64,000 bases of DNA from an uncultured Acidobacteriota bacterium (GCA_963700145.1 OY969474.1:4224001-4288000), one strand, 5' to 3'; shown: positions 50,376 through 59,469, counted from the stretch's first letter. Notes: generated from the letters alone by a model not told the origin. Translations and numbers: made by a program.

Positions 50376-50655
50376 CGGCTCTCCTTCCCGCGTCGGTCCC
50401 GTTGCTGGTGGGGCGCTCTCTGCGCTCCAAAGAGTAACAACTATGGTGTACTGTGCCATAGTGTTGCCTACCAAAGCAAGAAGGTGTGAGTTGGTAGATA
50501 GGCATCTCGACGCCCACGGCCCAGGCAGTGCCTTGGGCGGCGGGGCGGCGCATCGAGTTACGCGGTCGGCACTAACCTCTTGGAAACAGGAGACATCCCG
50601 CGGGCGCCGCGGCCATCCCGGCCGCCCGGCGGTCCCGCCGGGAGAGGAGGTTGCG

Positions 50656-50896
50656 ATGTCGCGTCGAAAGATCGTGGTCAGCGTTGGGGTGCTGGCGGTG
50701 GCGACGTTTCTCGCCGTGTCGGGGCCTGCGCAGGCCCTCGGACCGCGGGCCGGCGGAAGGACGTCACCCGCCTGGTCCAGGGCTTGGCAGGCCGTCTCGA
50801 TGCTCTGGCAGGGGGCGCTCCAGCGCGTCGGGCTGGGGCCGGTAACCGCGCAAGGAGACGAAGGAGGTGGGGTGGACCCGTACCGGCAAGAACTAG
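50656..50896 (+). CDS. Small secreted peptide ending GDEGGGVDPY(GKN)
   Basis: GAGGAGG RBS, ATG 50656; signal peptide to AQA; Trp-rich helix; removing one C near 50884 gives DPYGKN-TAG. Confidence 0.6.
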
Positions 50897-50968
50897 CGTC
50901 ACCGAGCATCCGGCTCTGTGGCAGAATACGCGGCGCTAATCTGCTCAAAGCCGGAGACAAACTACCGC

Positions 50969-52414
50969 TTGCGCGAGCACCCGACGCCCCAAACCCTCGA
51001 CCGCTTCTTGCGCGGAGAGCTGCCGGCGACCGAGGGCGTCGGCGTGCTCCAGCACCTCGTCCGCGGCTGCCGCCCTTGCCTGGCGGCCGTCTCGCGGCAT
51101 CTCTATGGGACCGGGCAGCCGAAGGACCTCGACGGCGCCGGGCAGATCTACGACGCCGTTTTCGATCGCGCTTTCGGCATCGACGGCAAGGCCGCCAAAG
51201 ACCGCCGGAAAGAAGCACGCCTCGTCGAGGAGGCGTACACCGCGCTCGTGGCCGAGGGGCCTTCCGGGATCTTCCGTGCTTCCGTCCGCCGCTTCGACAG
51301 CCTGACGTTTTGTCGCGCTTTTCTGCGCCGGAGCTGGGAGCTGCGGCACGAAGACCCTGCCAAGATGCTGCACTTCGCGCGGCTCGCTGTCATGGCCTCA
51401 AGCTTCCTCAAGGTCGAGCGCCTCGGCAAGGCGAAGGTCGCCGACCTCCAGGCCCGCGCTCTCGCGGAGCAGGCGAACGCGCAGCGCATCAACGGCGATC
51501 TGGCGGGCGCGCAGAGGGCCATAGAGCAGGCTCTCGAGCTGCGGCGGGGTGGCACGCAGGATCCCTTCCTCGGAGCTCACCTGCTCACGATTCAGGCCAC
51601 GATCTTCGTCAGCAGGCGCCGCTTCCCGGAGGCGCTGGAGCTCCTGGAGGGAGTCGAGAGGACCTACGCTGCGTTCGGCAAACACCACGAGGCGGGCCAA
51701 GCCGCCGTTCAACGAGGTCTCTACACAGGTTACGGCGGCGATGCCGAGGAGGCGGTGCGCCTCCTGCGCCGCGGGCTAGGCCTCATCGACGAGACGGCGG
51801 ACCCCCAACTCGCATTGGTCGCAGTCCACAACATCGCGTGGTTCCTGATGGAGTCCGGCCGGCACACTGAATCTCGCATTCTGCTCTTCAGGAACAGAGC
51901 GCGCTACAACCAGCACGCCGACCGCATCATCCTCCTGAAGCGCACTTGGCTCGAGGGGCGTATCGCCGCTGGACTAGGGAACTTCGACCGTGCCGCTAAG
52001 CGCTTGGCCGAAGCGATGCAAGGCTTCGAAGAAGCCGAGCTCGGCTACCAGGCCGCCCTCGCCGCCCTCGACCTGGCCGCTGTCTGGCTTGAGCAAAACC
52101 ACTCGCCGATGGCCGCCACCCTCGTCGAGCAAGCCGCCGAGACCTTCACCGCGATCGGCGTCAACCGCGAAGCCATCGGCGCCCTCATCCTCCTCCAGAA
52201 AGCCTGCGAAAAAGGCCTAGCCACCGCCGCCTGGGTCCACCGCCTAACCACCCACCTCCGCCCCCTGGAGTACGATTCCTACGACCCGTTTCAATCAAGA
52301 GTAGGTACGGAGAGCCACCGAGCGAGGGCTCAATGCCCTAGCCCCTCGCCTGCTGACAAGTCAGCGTCAGTGCCCAAGGAGCCTGGCGAGTCGGCGACGC
52401 GGAGCCGGTGCTGA
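50969..52414 (+). CDS. Zinc-finger (HLxxGCxxC) + TPR-like protein
   Basis: HPTPQTLDRFLRGEL...QHLVRGCRPC; helical repeats; WLEGRIAAGLG, LAALDLAAVWL. The last ~45 codons run into the island. Confidence 0.75.
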   Translation: MREHPTPQTLDRFLRGELPATEGVGVLQHLVRGCRPCLAAVSRHLYGTGQPKDLDGAGQIYDAVFDRAFGIDGKAAKDRRKEARLVEEAYTALVAEGPSGIFRASVRRFDSLTFCRAFLRRSWELRHEDPAKMLHFARLAVMASSFLKVERLGKAKVADLQARALAEQANAQRINGDLAGAQRAIEQALELRRGGTQDPFLGAHLLTIQATIFVSRRRFPEALELLEGVERTYAAFGKHHEAGQAAVQRGLYTGYGGDAEEAVRLLRRGLGLIDETADPQLALVAVHNIAWFLMESGRHTESRILLFRNRARYNQHADRIILLKRTWLEGRIAAGLGNFDRAAKRLAEAMQGFEEAELGYQAALAALDLAAVWLEQNHSPMAATLVEQAAETFTAIGVNREAIGALILLQKACEKGLATAAWVHRLTTHLRPLEYDSYDPFQSRVGTESHRARAQCPSPSPADKSASVPKEPGESATRSRC

Positions 52415-52612
52415 GAACCGTTGCCGTTCGAGCGGCCTGGTGAAGTCCAGTGGCGCGGGAAGACCCCATAGGGCCGCCTGCTTGACCAAGGCACTTTTCT
52501 CAGCTACTGTAAAGTCCTCGACTGCGGCCTTTGACTGACACGCCCGGCGAGCGATATCTAGCTCGCGCGCACGCCACATTACTAGAGCAACAAACCCAGG
52601 ACACCAGCGCTC

Positions 52613-54487
52613 GTGGCGAACACAACTATAGTTTCTGAATACGATTGGGAGTACGACGTCTTCGTCAGCTATACAAGGTTCGACGAAACGCTGACCGGCC
52701 TCGTGCAACACATGACCGAGGCCTTGAGGACTCACTATAAAAGGCTAACCGGCCGCCCATTGCGAATATTCCAGGACACGGAGGCCTTACCCACCGCAGC
52801 GCTTTGGCAGGATCGGATCCTAAGCGCACTCCGCGGCAGCGCTACGTTACTGGCGATCTATACACCATCGTATTTTCAATCGGAATGGTGCGCCCGAGAA
52901 TGGGATTTCTTTCTGGCAATGGAACCAGAACGACGGCAGAAGTTCCACCTGGGCGACTTCGACTCATTAGTATTTCCTATCATAGCTGCAGAGGGCATCA
53001 CTTTTCCCGACGCCTCATCTATCCAGCATACCCGGCAGAGCGAGTTGCAAGCACGACAGGCTCTTCGCTTTGTCGACCTCGATCCTACTAGCTTATCCTA
53101 TGCAAAACATATCGCGACACTCGCCAGGCATCTCGCGCGAATCCTCGCGTTAGTGGCCCAAGTACCTATTTCTGATACCCCTGATGGCGGCTACAAGCCA
53201 CAACTAAACATTCCGCTAGTAACGACCTCCGGACGATCTGACGTTCATAGGCTAACAACCCTTCTAGCAGATGCCGAGTCAGCCATCATTATTGGCGTGA
53301 CAAACGACGAGCTTAGCGTCATTCTTGAACCCTCCCTAAAAGCCAAGCGCCTCAAAGCACGCGATGAAGGTGCCTTTTGGGATAGCTTGCGCATTGTCTT
53401 TCTCGCAGAGGACCTCCTCGCCTTTGTGGAGGATCACTTCACCACCGAAATCTCTAATCCGCGAGAGGCGCATCACCGCCGAGCGCGGCACGCCGGGCAG
53501 ATACAGCGACAGATCATGTCGCTCCTGATACGCCAGGGTGCACCTGGGCATTGGCGTCTCTACGCCTACCCGTACGCCCTTCCCTTCGCAGGCTACCTCT
53601 TTACGATGCCAGATGGCCGACGTATTGTTCAGCTAGAGATTGCCCGGGCCTCGCGAATGCCTGGCGACAATGTCTATATTCAGTTTGTCGATCGTGTGGA
53701 TACTCAGCTTGATGAGGCGTTTAGAGAAGTGGTGTCCTCAAGTCAGGAACAGCACGAGATTGTCCTCATTGGCACACCTGGCGTCGAGCCAGGCAGCTTC
53801 GCGTGTAGAGGTGCTCGTTTCCGTCGCAGCGTGCTTCTAGGAGGGCACAACACAGCCGACTTTCTGCCCTGCATCGTGGCCATCACCTGGCGAGCGTCGT
53901 TACGAGGTGTCGAACCGCTTCTTCAGCTGAACACCCCATCCAACTCTACGCGGGAAATGGGGAAGGCATCCCACGTAAGTGGCTATATCAACGAGCGGGA
54001 CTACTGGGCGGCCCTCCCGACCCAAGCCGACCGGTCCTCGGGTGAGGAGATGTGGCTCACACCTTCGGTCGCGGTCGCTGCATTGCACCGAGAGCTACAA
54101 AGCGACTTCGGCATCGAGGACAGCAGGGGTGCCGTGAATCTAGTTGCCACGGTGCCCTTCTACTACGCTGATAAGGAGAACCTTTTCTTTTTTGTTCTCG
54201 AGCGGGAAATACCAGCGGCGCATTTGTTTAGTGCTAACTCGCGGATGTTCGGTTGGTCTATTGATGAGTTACTCGCTGCTCGCTTTCGTCAAGTACTCCA
54301 AAATGCTATAGCTGCTTTACAGCACCCTCTCACTGCCCGCCAACGGGAGCGAGCCCTGAAGATGCTAACTCTTAATCTTCATGCGCACGGCCAACACGAC
54401 CTGGCTGATATGCTTCATCGACTAGGTGAGAGCCTCGGCAACGACCAAGCGGCGATACTGGCCTTGCACCACGCCGCCGCCAAATGA
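52613..54487 (+). CDS. TIR-domain protein fused to a central alpha/beta domain and a Nudix-like domain
   Basis: YDVFVSY...IFQD...W...TPSYFQSEWCAREW (TIR with catalytic Glu); PLLQLNT...SHVSGYI...AALHRELQSDFGI (degenerate Nudix box). Confidence 0.8.
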   Translation: MANTTIVSEYDWEYDVFVSYTRFDETLTGLVQHMTEALRTHYKRLTGRPLRIFQDTEALPTAALWQDRILSALRGSATLLAIYTPSYFQSEWCAREWDFFLAMEPERRQKFHLGDFDSLVFPIIAAEGITFPDASSIQHTRQSELQARQALRFVDLDPTSLSYAKHIATLARHLARILALVAQVPISDTPDGGYKPQLNIPLVTTSGRSDVHRLTTLLADAESAIIIGVTNDELSVILEPSLKAKRLKARDEGAFWDSLRIVFLAEDLLAFVEDHFTTEISNPREAHHRRARHAGQIQRQIMSLLIRQGAPGHWRLYAYPYALPFAGYLFTMPDGRRIVQLEIARASRMPGDNVYIQFVDRVDTQLDEAFREVVSSSQEQHEIVLIGTPGVEPGSFACRGARFRRSVLLGGHNTADFLPCIVAITWRASLRGVEPLLQLNTPSNSTREMGKASHVSGYINERDYWAALPTQADRSSGEEMWLTPSVAVAALHRELQSDFGIEDSRGAVNLVATVPFYYADKENLFFFVLEREIPAAHLFSANSRMFGWSIDELLAARFRQVLQNAIAALQHPLTARQRERALKMLTLNLHAHGQHDLADMLHRLGESLGNDQAAILALHHAAAK

Positions 54488-54720
54488 CAGGTCTTCAAAT
54501 TCTCGACGGTGACGAGTTTGAGGTTAACGGTTTGGCGGGCCTGCAATACCGCATCTTTTTCTCACACCTACTTCCACTGTACGCAAAGCTCGGAGTCATT
54601 GGAGCCAGTGCTGAGCTGATGGCTCTAAACACTGATAAGCGGCGAATCCAAGCGGCTGAGTCACTAAGTGAGCTGTACGCTACGGAGGCATATATGCTAT
54701 CGTTACCAATCGAGGTGTAA
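54484..54720 (+). CDS. 78-aa ORF, or frameshifted C-terminus of the TIR protein
   Basis: ATGA overlap with the TIR gene; fills the gap to the methyltransferase exactly; no obvious RBS. Confidence 0.55.
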   Translation: MTGLQILDGDEFEVNGLAGLQYRIFFSHLLPLYAKLGVIGASAELMALNTDKRRIQAAESLSELYATEAYMLSLPIEV

Positions 54721-54723
54721 GAA

Positions 54724-55386
54724 ATGAACGAGATCGGGGCTTTTTTCGACAGAGTCTACGCGAACACCGAACGATATTGGTGGCGCGTACCGCATGCGCA
54801 TTCGACTGTCCCTGAAGACCATGCCGACTCGCTCATCACACAGCAGGTCCTTCGCTTTGCGCGAATGCGAGGAAGTGGGAGAGCGCTCGACCTGGGAGCA
54901 GGTGAAGGGCACGACGCCGTCCGGCTTGCGCTGCTAGGATGGAAGGTCGAAGCAGTCGAGATGAGTCAAAGCGGGGCCAAGAAGACCCAACGTCTCGCAG
55001 AGAGCCTTGGCACAGAGGTCACTGTACACTGTGCTAATGCGGAAACTTTTGAGCCAACCGAAGCTTTTGATTTGATCGTATGTAACGGCCTCCTTCACTA
55101 TGTTACCGATAAGCGAAGGCTCTGCCAGCGCATGCAAGAGTGGACTGTTATAGGCGGACTTAACGCGATTGCGCTTTGGAGCGATTTCACGCCGGTTCCT
55201 GAGTGTCACCGTATCGTCCCAACTTTTCCGGATCGGGAGCGAGGAGAAGTTGTAGCCGCATACAGCCATTGGCAAATCGAGCTGCTATACCTTGAACGGA
55301 ACCGTGTTGACTTGGCACATGCTGATATGCCGAGTCACGTTCACAGCTACATCAAGTTAATCGCGGTAAGGCCGAGTGTCTGCTGA
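54724..55386 (+). CDS. Class I SAM-dependent methyltransferase (TehB-like fold)
   Basis: ALDLGAGEGHDA, VEAVEMS, FDLIVCNGLLHY; GAGG RBS. Confidence 0.85.
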   Translation: MNEIGAFFDRVYANTERYWWRVPHAHSTVPEDHADSLITQQVLRFARMRGSGRALDLGAGEGHDAVRLALLGWKVEAVEMSQSGAKKTQRLAESLGTEVTVHCANAETFEPTEAFDLIVCNGLLHYVTDKRRLCQRMQEWTVIGGLNAIALWSDFTPVPECHRIVPTFPDRERGEVVAAYSHWQIELLYLERNRVDLAHADMPSHVHSYIKLIAVRPSVC

Positions 55387-55476
55387 GGACAAGCCGTGTT
55401 AGATTGGACCGGCAGGTTCGGGCCCTCGGCCCACGCCCGAGAATTTGGTTCTTAGGAAAGCGAGGAGTACCCAGCG

Positions 55477-55978
55477 ATGGCGACAACCTGGAGAGATGTA
55501 GTTGACGAGAACGATTTTGTTATCGGGCGTGCCCCGAAGGAACATTTCGACGGAGTGACGCTAATCTGCCGGGTCGCCTTCATTATGCTAGCGAACAGTA
55601 AGGGTGAGTTGCTGCTTCACCAACGCTCGTCCAACAAACGGTTCTATCCGTTGCACTGGTCAGGGACTGCTGGCAGGACACCTTCATAGCGGAGAGAGCT
55701 ATGAAGAGGCCGCGCATAGAGAACTTCGAGAGGAGCTTGGAGCCTTCGCCGACCTCGAATTCGTCGGCAAGTTCTACTCGCCCGAGGACCATGAGATGGT
55801 GGGAGTTTTCCTTGGACGCTACGATGGTGAACTGAGGGTCGAGCCTCACGAGGTGGTACAGGTTCGCTACTTCAGCCCAGAAACTCTAGAGCGTGAGCTG
55901 CCTACCATGTTAGTTACTAGCTTTCTGGAGCGCGCACTTCCGTTGATCCTACCTCGGCTGTCGCAACACGCCGAGTGA
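55477..55978 (+). CDS. Nudix hydrolase (YfcD/IDI-like), one frameshift near 55670
   Basis: GAGGAG RBS; DVVDEND, GELLLHQRS, then AGHLHSGESYEEAAHRELREELG (complete Nudix box). Confidence 0.85.
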
Positions 55979-56278
55979 AGCAGACGCTGTCTGGCGATGT
56001 CACGGCGTCTTCAGAGGGAATAGTCAAGAGACTAACACGATGGGACCTCAGTTCGCGTTGTGCCGAGCCTTCAGGGCCGGCAAAATTCGAAGCATGCTTC
56101 GCTGTCACGACGCCGATTTCAGTCAGCACTGCGGCTTCCTGCATGGCGCCTCGATCAGGCCTGCCATTGACTGGGATGCGCTTCCCAGGTAGATTCAGAC
56201 AAGGTCAGAAGATCGGGCATACGGAACACCTCGCCGCCTTTAGCGCAGAATGCACTCACCAGGGAAAGCGGGATACCA

Positions 56279-56789
56279 ATGATTGAGCGGACGCTTATTG
56301 TCATTAAACCCGATGGCTTGGCACGCGGACTCTCGATGGCAATCCTTGCGAGATTCGACATGGTGGGCCTGAAGCTAGAGGCTATCAAGATGATACGGCC
56401 GACTGCGGAGCAGGCAAAACATCACTATCTATATGAGGACATTGCTTCTCGCCATTCCGAAACCGTCTGGATACAACTTATAGAGTACCTTACCGAGGCG
56501 CCGGTGATTGTCGCTGTGTTCTCGGGTGTTTCTGCAATTGAAGTGGCCAGAAAGCTTGTCGGATCGACCGAACCGAGGAATTCACCTCCTGGAACAATTC
56601 GAGGCGATTACTGTCACCAATCCTATGCTGTTTGTGATCGGGCTGGCAAGGCTCGTCCGCAATCTTATACATGCCTCTGCCAACGCAACGGATGCAGAAC
56701 GGGAGATTGCTGTTTGGTTTGCACGAGATGAAATCTTCGCCTATCGAAGGGTTGACGATTTCGAACATTACCTCGGAACGGCAGAATGA
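56279..56789 (+). CDS. ndk: Nucleoside diphosphate kinase, one frameshift near 56655
   Basis: ERTLIVIKPDG, PGTIRGDY, RNLIHAS (catalytic His), AEREIAVWF. Confidence 0.9.
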
Positions 56790-56793
56790 CATA

Positions 56794-57438
56794 GTGGGCG
56801 ACTTTCTTTCAGAGATTCTTCGCCTCTCCGAGACCCCAACGTGTCGGCTGTCGGTGGAAGCTGCACTAAAGAAACTCGGCGTCCTCAATCCAGATGAGCA
56901 GTTGATATTTCATCGAGACTTGGCTGCTTGGCATCGGAGCGGTGCTGAGACCTACAGCTGCTCCGCCGAGCTGACCATTGCCGGCGCGAGCGGAGCGACG
57001 CTATGCCGCACCCTCATATGTAAGGCTGTCTTCACTTTCGGTCCATTGTCCGATCAGAGCCTTTCGAGATGGTTAGAGCGGTACGCCCTTTTGGCCGAAA
57101 ATGGAGTGCAGGTACCTCATGTATATTTTGCCGATCGCGGGGTAATTGTTCAAGACTATATAGAGCACTCTCTTCCTGACTTTCTAGCAGGCTGCTCGGC
57201 GGAGACTGCGGTCGCGGTCGCAACACAGATCCATCGGCTCGCACAAGTTCTCGACAAGCTCGGGTTCCTACCCGTCATGTTCATTCCCGACTTGCGTATC
57301 GCCTCCGACAGTACATGCTTCGTTGTGGATGTCGGCGAGGATCTTGGCCCTCCCGGCCGTGCACCGAAGGGTGCGCGGAATTCCACACGTCAAGCTGAAG
57401 AATTTTTCGCCAAGCTCGGTGGAGCCACTGCTTGGTAA
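56794..57438 (+). CDS. Protein-kinase-like fold hypothetical protein
   Basis: SGAETY, LICKA, GVQVPHVY, IVQDYI, PDLR, VVDVG in kinase subdomain order; GTG 4 nt after the ndk stop. Confidence 0.6.
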   Translation: MGDFLSEILRLSETPTCRLSVEAALKKLGVLNPDEQLIFHRDLAAWHRSGAETYSCSAELTIAGASGATLCRTLICKAVFTFGPLSDQSLSRWLERYALLAENGVQVPHVYFADRGVIVQDYIEHSLPDFLAGCSAETAVAVATQIHRLAQVLDKLGFLPVMFIPDLRIASDSTCFVVDVGEDLGPPGRAPKGARNSTRQAEEFFAKLGGATAW

Positions 57439-57863
57439 GCGCATGGCAGGCCGGCCTAGCTCCTGAAAAGACCTAGCGCTGCGAAAAAGGCAGCCAGAGT
57501 GCCCATTAATGGATCAAGACCAAAGAATTTCGGAGTGTCCACTTGCCGCCGACTTGTCTCGTAGAGCTAGGCGGGGTTAGCTAGTCCTAAGCGCTACCGA
57601 GCCAACTCGACAGATCAGGTGCTCGGCCTTCGCAGCATCACAGCCCTAGGACGAGGTTCGGCATGATCGATGAGAAACTGCACTAACCGTTCGTCGATCG
57701 GGCGTGAACTATCATGGCGAAAGACGGGTCGTACCCACGGAAAACGCGCAAAGGTGCGCGAATAGGCCATAGATCTCATGCTGGCCGTCAAGGATCGGCT
57801 GTCGGCACATGTTCGGAAGAAGTTGAGCAGACGGTGCGCGCCGGTGATCGGCGCAAGGCGGTC

Positions 57864-58298
57864 TCAGCGCCGCCGCGACTTGACCGGCTCTGACGGGGCG
57901 CTGCGGGTGGGGGCTTGGTGGGCTAGAAGGTCCCGGATCTCGCCGAGGAATCGCTGCAGCTCCTGCGACATCGCGGCTGGCCCCTCCGGCGGCAGGGCGT
58001 GGGCCTTCGGGTTGAAGACCTGGAGCTTGCGGCCGGTTGGGCTCGGGGCGGCGGACTCCGGGGGGTAGGCGAGGTTGAAGAACTCGGCGGGGCGCAGCTC
58101 GACGGCTTGCAGGATCTCGAGGACGCGCCGCAGCTTGAGCTCGAAGGAGCCGGAGAGGAGCCGCCAGATGTAGCCGGGGCTCTGGCCGATGCGGCGCTCG
58201 ATCTCGGCGGTCGGGACCTCCGACATCTTGATGACCGCCTTGAGCAGCTCGGAGAGGCGAGCGATCTCGGCGGAATGGTCGTCGGGCTTGGCGGGCAC
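57864..58298 (-). CDS. XRE-like helix-turn-helix protein
   Basis: EIERRIGQSPGYIWRLLSGSFELKLRRVLEILQAV...EFF. Confidence 0.7.
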   Translation of the reverse strand: MPAKPDDHSAEIARLSELLKAVIKMSEVPTAEIERRIGQSPGYIWRLLSGSFELKLRRVLEILQAVELRPAEFFNLAYPPESAAPSPTGRKLQVFNPKAHALPPEGPAAMSQELQRFLGEIRDLLAHQAPTRSAPSEPVKSRRR

Positions 58299-58340
58299 GG
58301 CAGTTTCGAGACTACAGGATTCTGGCGTCAGGCGCGAGAG

Positions 58341-59402
58341 TTATGGCCCCCGGCGCAGGTCGGCGCCCACCGCTTCGCCGACGCTCGCGAGCCCGTCCCG
58401 CTCCAGCAGCTCCAGCAACTCCTCGTTGATCCGCCGCACGACGCCGGGGCCGCGGTAGACGAGGGCGGTGTAGAGCTGGACCAAGGAGGCGCCGGCGCGG
58501 AGGCGGCGGTAGGCCTCGGCGCCGGAGTCGATGCCGCCGACGGAGATCAGGACCGCGCGGCCGGCGAGGCTTGGCGCCAGCGCCCGCAGCATCCGGTAGC
58601 TCTTCTCGCGCAGCACCTGGCCGGAGAGGCCGCCGCCTTCCTGCGCTCCGGCGAGGAGCGCGTACTCGGTCGTGGTGTTGGTGGCGACGATGCCGGCGGC
58701 GCCGGCGGCGACGGCGGCCTCGGCCAGGGCCACCGCCGTCTCCTCCTGAAGGTCGGGGGAGAGCTTGACCAGGACGGGCTTCTCGGTCACCTCCGCCGCG
58801 GCGGCCAGGACCTCGCCGACGAAGGCCTCGTTCTGGAGGTCGCGCAGGCCGGGCGTGTTGGGGGAGGAGAGGTTGACGACCAGGTAGTCGGCGAGCGGCG
58901 CCAGGCCGCGCAGGAGCTTGCGGTAGTCGGCGAGGGCGTCGCGCGGCGGTGTCGTGCGCCCCTTGCCGACGTTGATGCCGACGGGCAGCGGGTACGGGCG
59001 CTGGGCCGCGAGGCGCGCGGCGAGCGCGGCCATCCCGGCGTTGTTGAAGCCGAGCGCGTTCTGCAGGCTCTCGGCCTCGGGGTGGCGGAAGAGGCGCGGG
59101 CGCGGGTTGCCGGCCTGGGGGTGCGGCGTCACGGTCCCGACCTCGACGAAGCCGAAGCCGAGAGCGGGCATGGCGCCGACGGCGCGGCCGTCCTTGTCGA
59201 AGCCGGCGGCGAGCCCGACCGGGTTGGCGAAGCGCCGCCCGAAGAGCTGCTGCACGAGGCGCGGATCGTCCACCAGGTGTCGCGCCGCCAGCCGCTCGCC
59301 GAGCGACGGCAGCGCCGCCACGGCCCGCAGCCCACGCAGCGCCAGCTCGTGGCCGGCCTCCGGGTCGAGCCGGAAGAGCAGCCCCCTGAGCGGGTAGCTC
59401 AT
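58341..59402 (-). CDS. pyrD: Quinone-dependent dihydroorotate dehydrogenase
   Basis: DPEAGH, NPVGLAAGFDK, EVGTVTP, NLSSPNTPGLR, KLSPD, GGLSG, VQLYT. Confidence 0.96.
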   Translation of the reverse strand: MSYPLRGLLFRLDPEAGHELALRGLRAVAALPSLGERLAARHLVDDPRLVQQLFGRRFANPVGLAAGFDKDGRAVGAMPALGFGFVEVGTVTPHPQAGNPRPRLFRHPEAESLQNALGFNNAGMAALAARLAAQRPYPLPVGINVGKGRTTPPRDALADYRKLLRGLAPLADYLVVNLSSPNTPGLRDLQNEAFVGEVLAAAAEVTEKPVLVKLSPDLQEETAVALAEAAVAAGAAGIVATNTTTEYALLAGAQEGGGLSGQVLREKSYRMLRALAPSLAGRAVLISVGGIDSGAEAYRRLRAGASLVQLYTALVYRGPGVVRRINEELLELLERDGLASVGEAVGADLRRGP

Positions 59403-59469
59403 CGTGGTATCATGTGCCAAGTCTCTGCCCTACAGTCACTTGGTGCGGAGACGGGGTACCGACTCGGAC

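Larger units (their letters stand above)
52280..57733. mobile_element. Lower-GC cassette bounded by a 10-bp inverted repeat
   Basis: TACGACCCGT at 52280-52289 and ACGGGTCGTA at 57724-57733; composition shifts near both; no transposase inside. Confidence 0.45.

Noticed and set aside
55975-56286. 103-aa ORF as an additional cassette gene
   Set aside because: It overlaps both neighbours neatly but has no motif or clear RBS; kept only as a possibility.
52613-57438. Assignment to Thoeris, CBASS or Pycsar
   Set aside because: No SIR2/Macro/SLOG ThsA, CD-NTase or pyrimidine cyclase is recognisable.
38140-58300. Prophage or ICE
   Set aside because: No integrase, structural, replication or conjugation genes were recognised.
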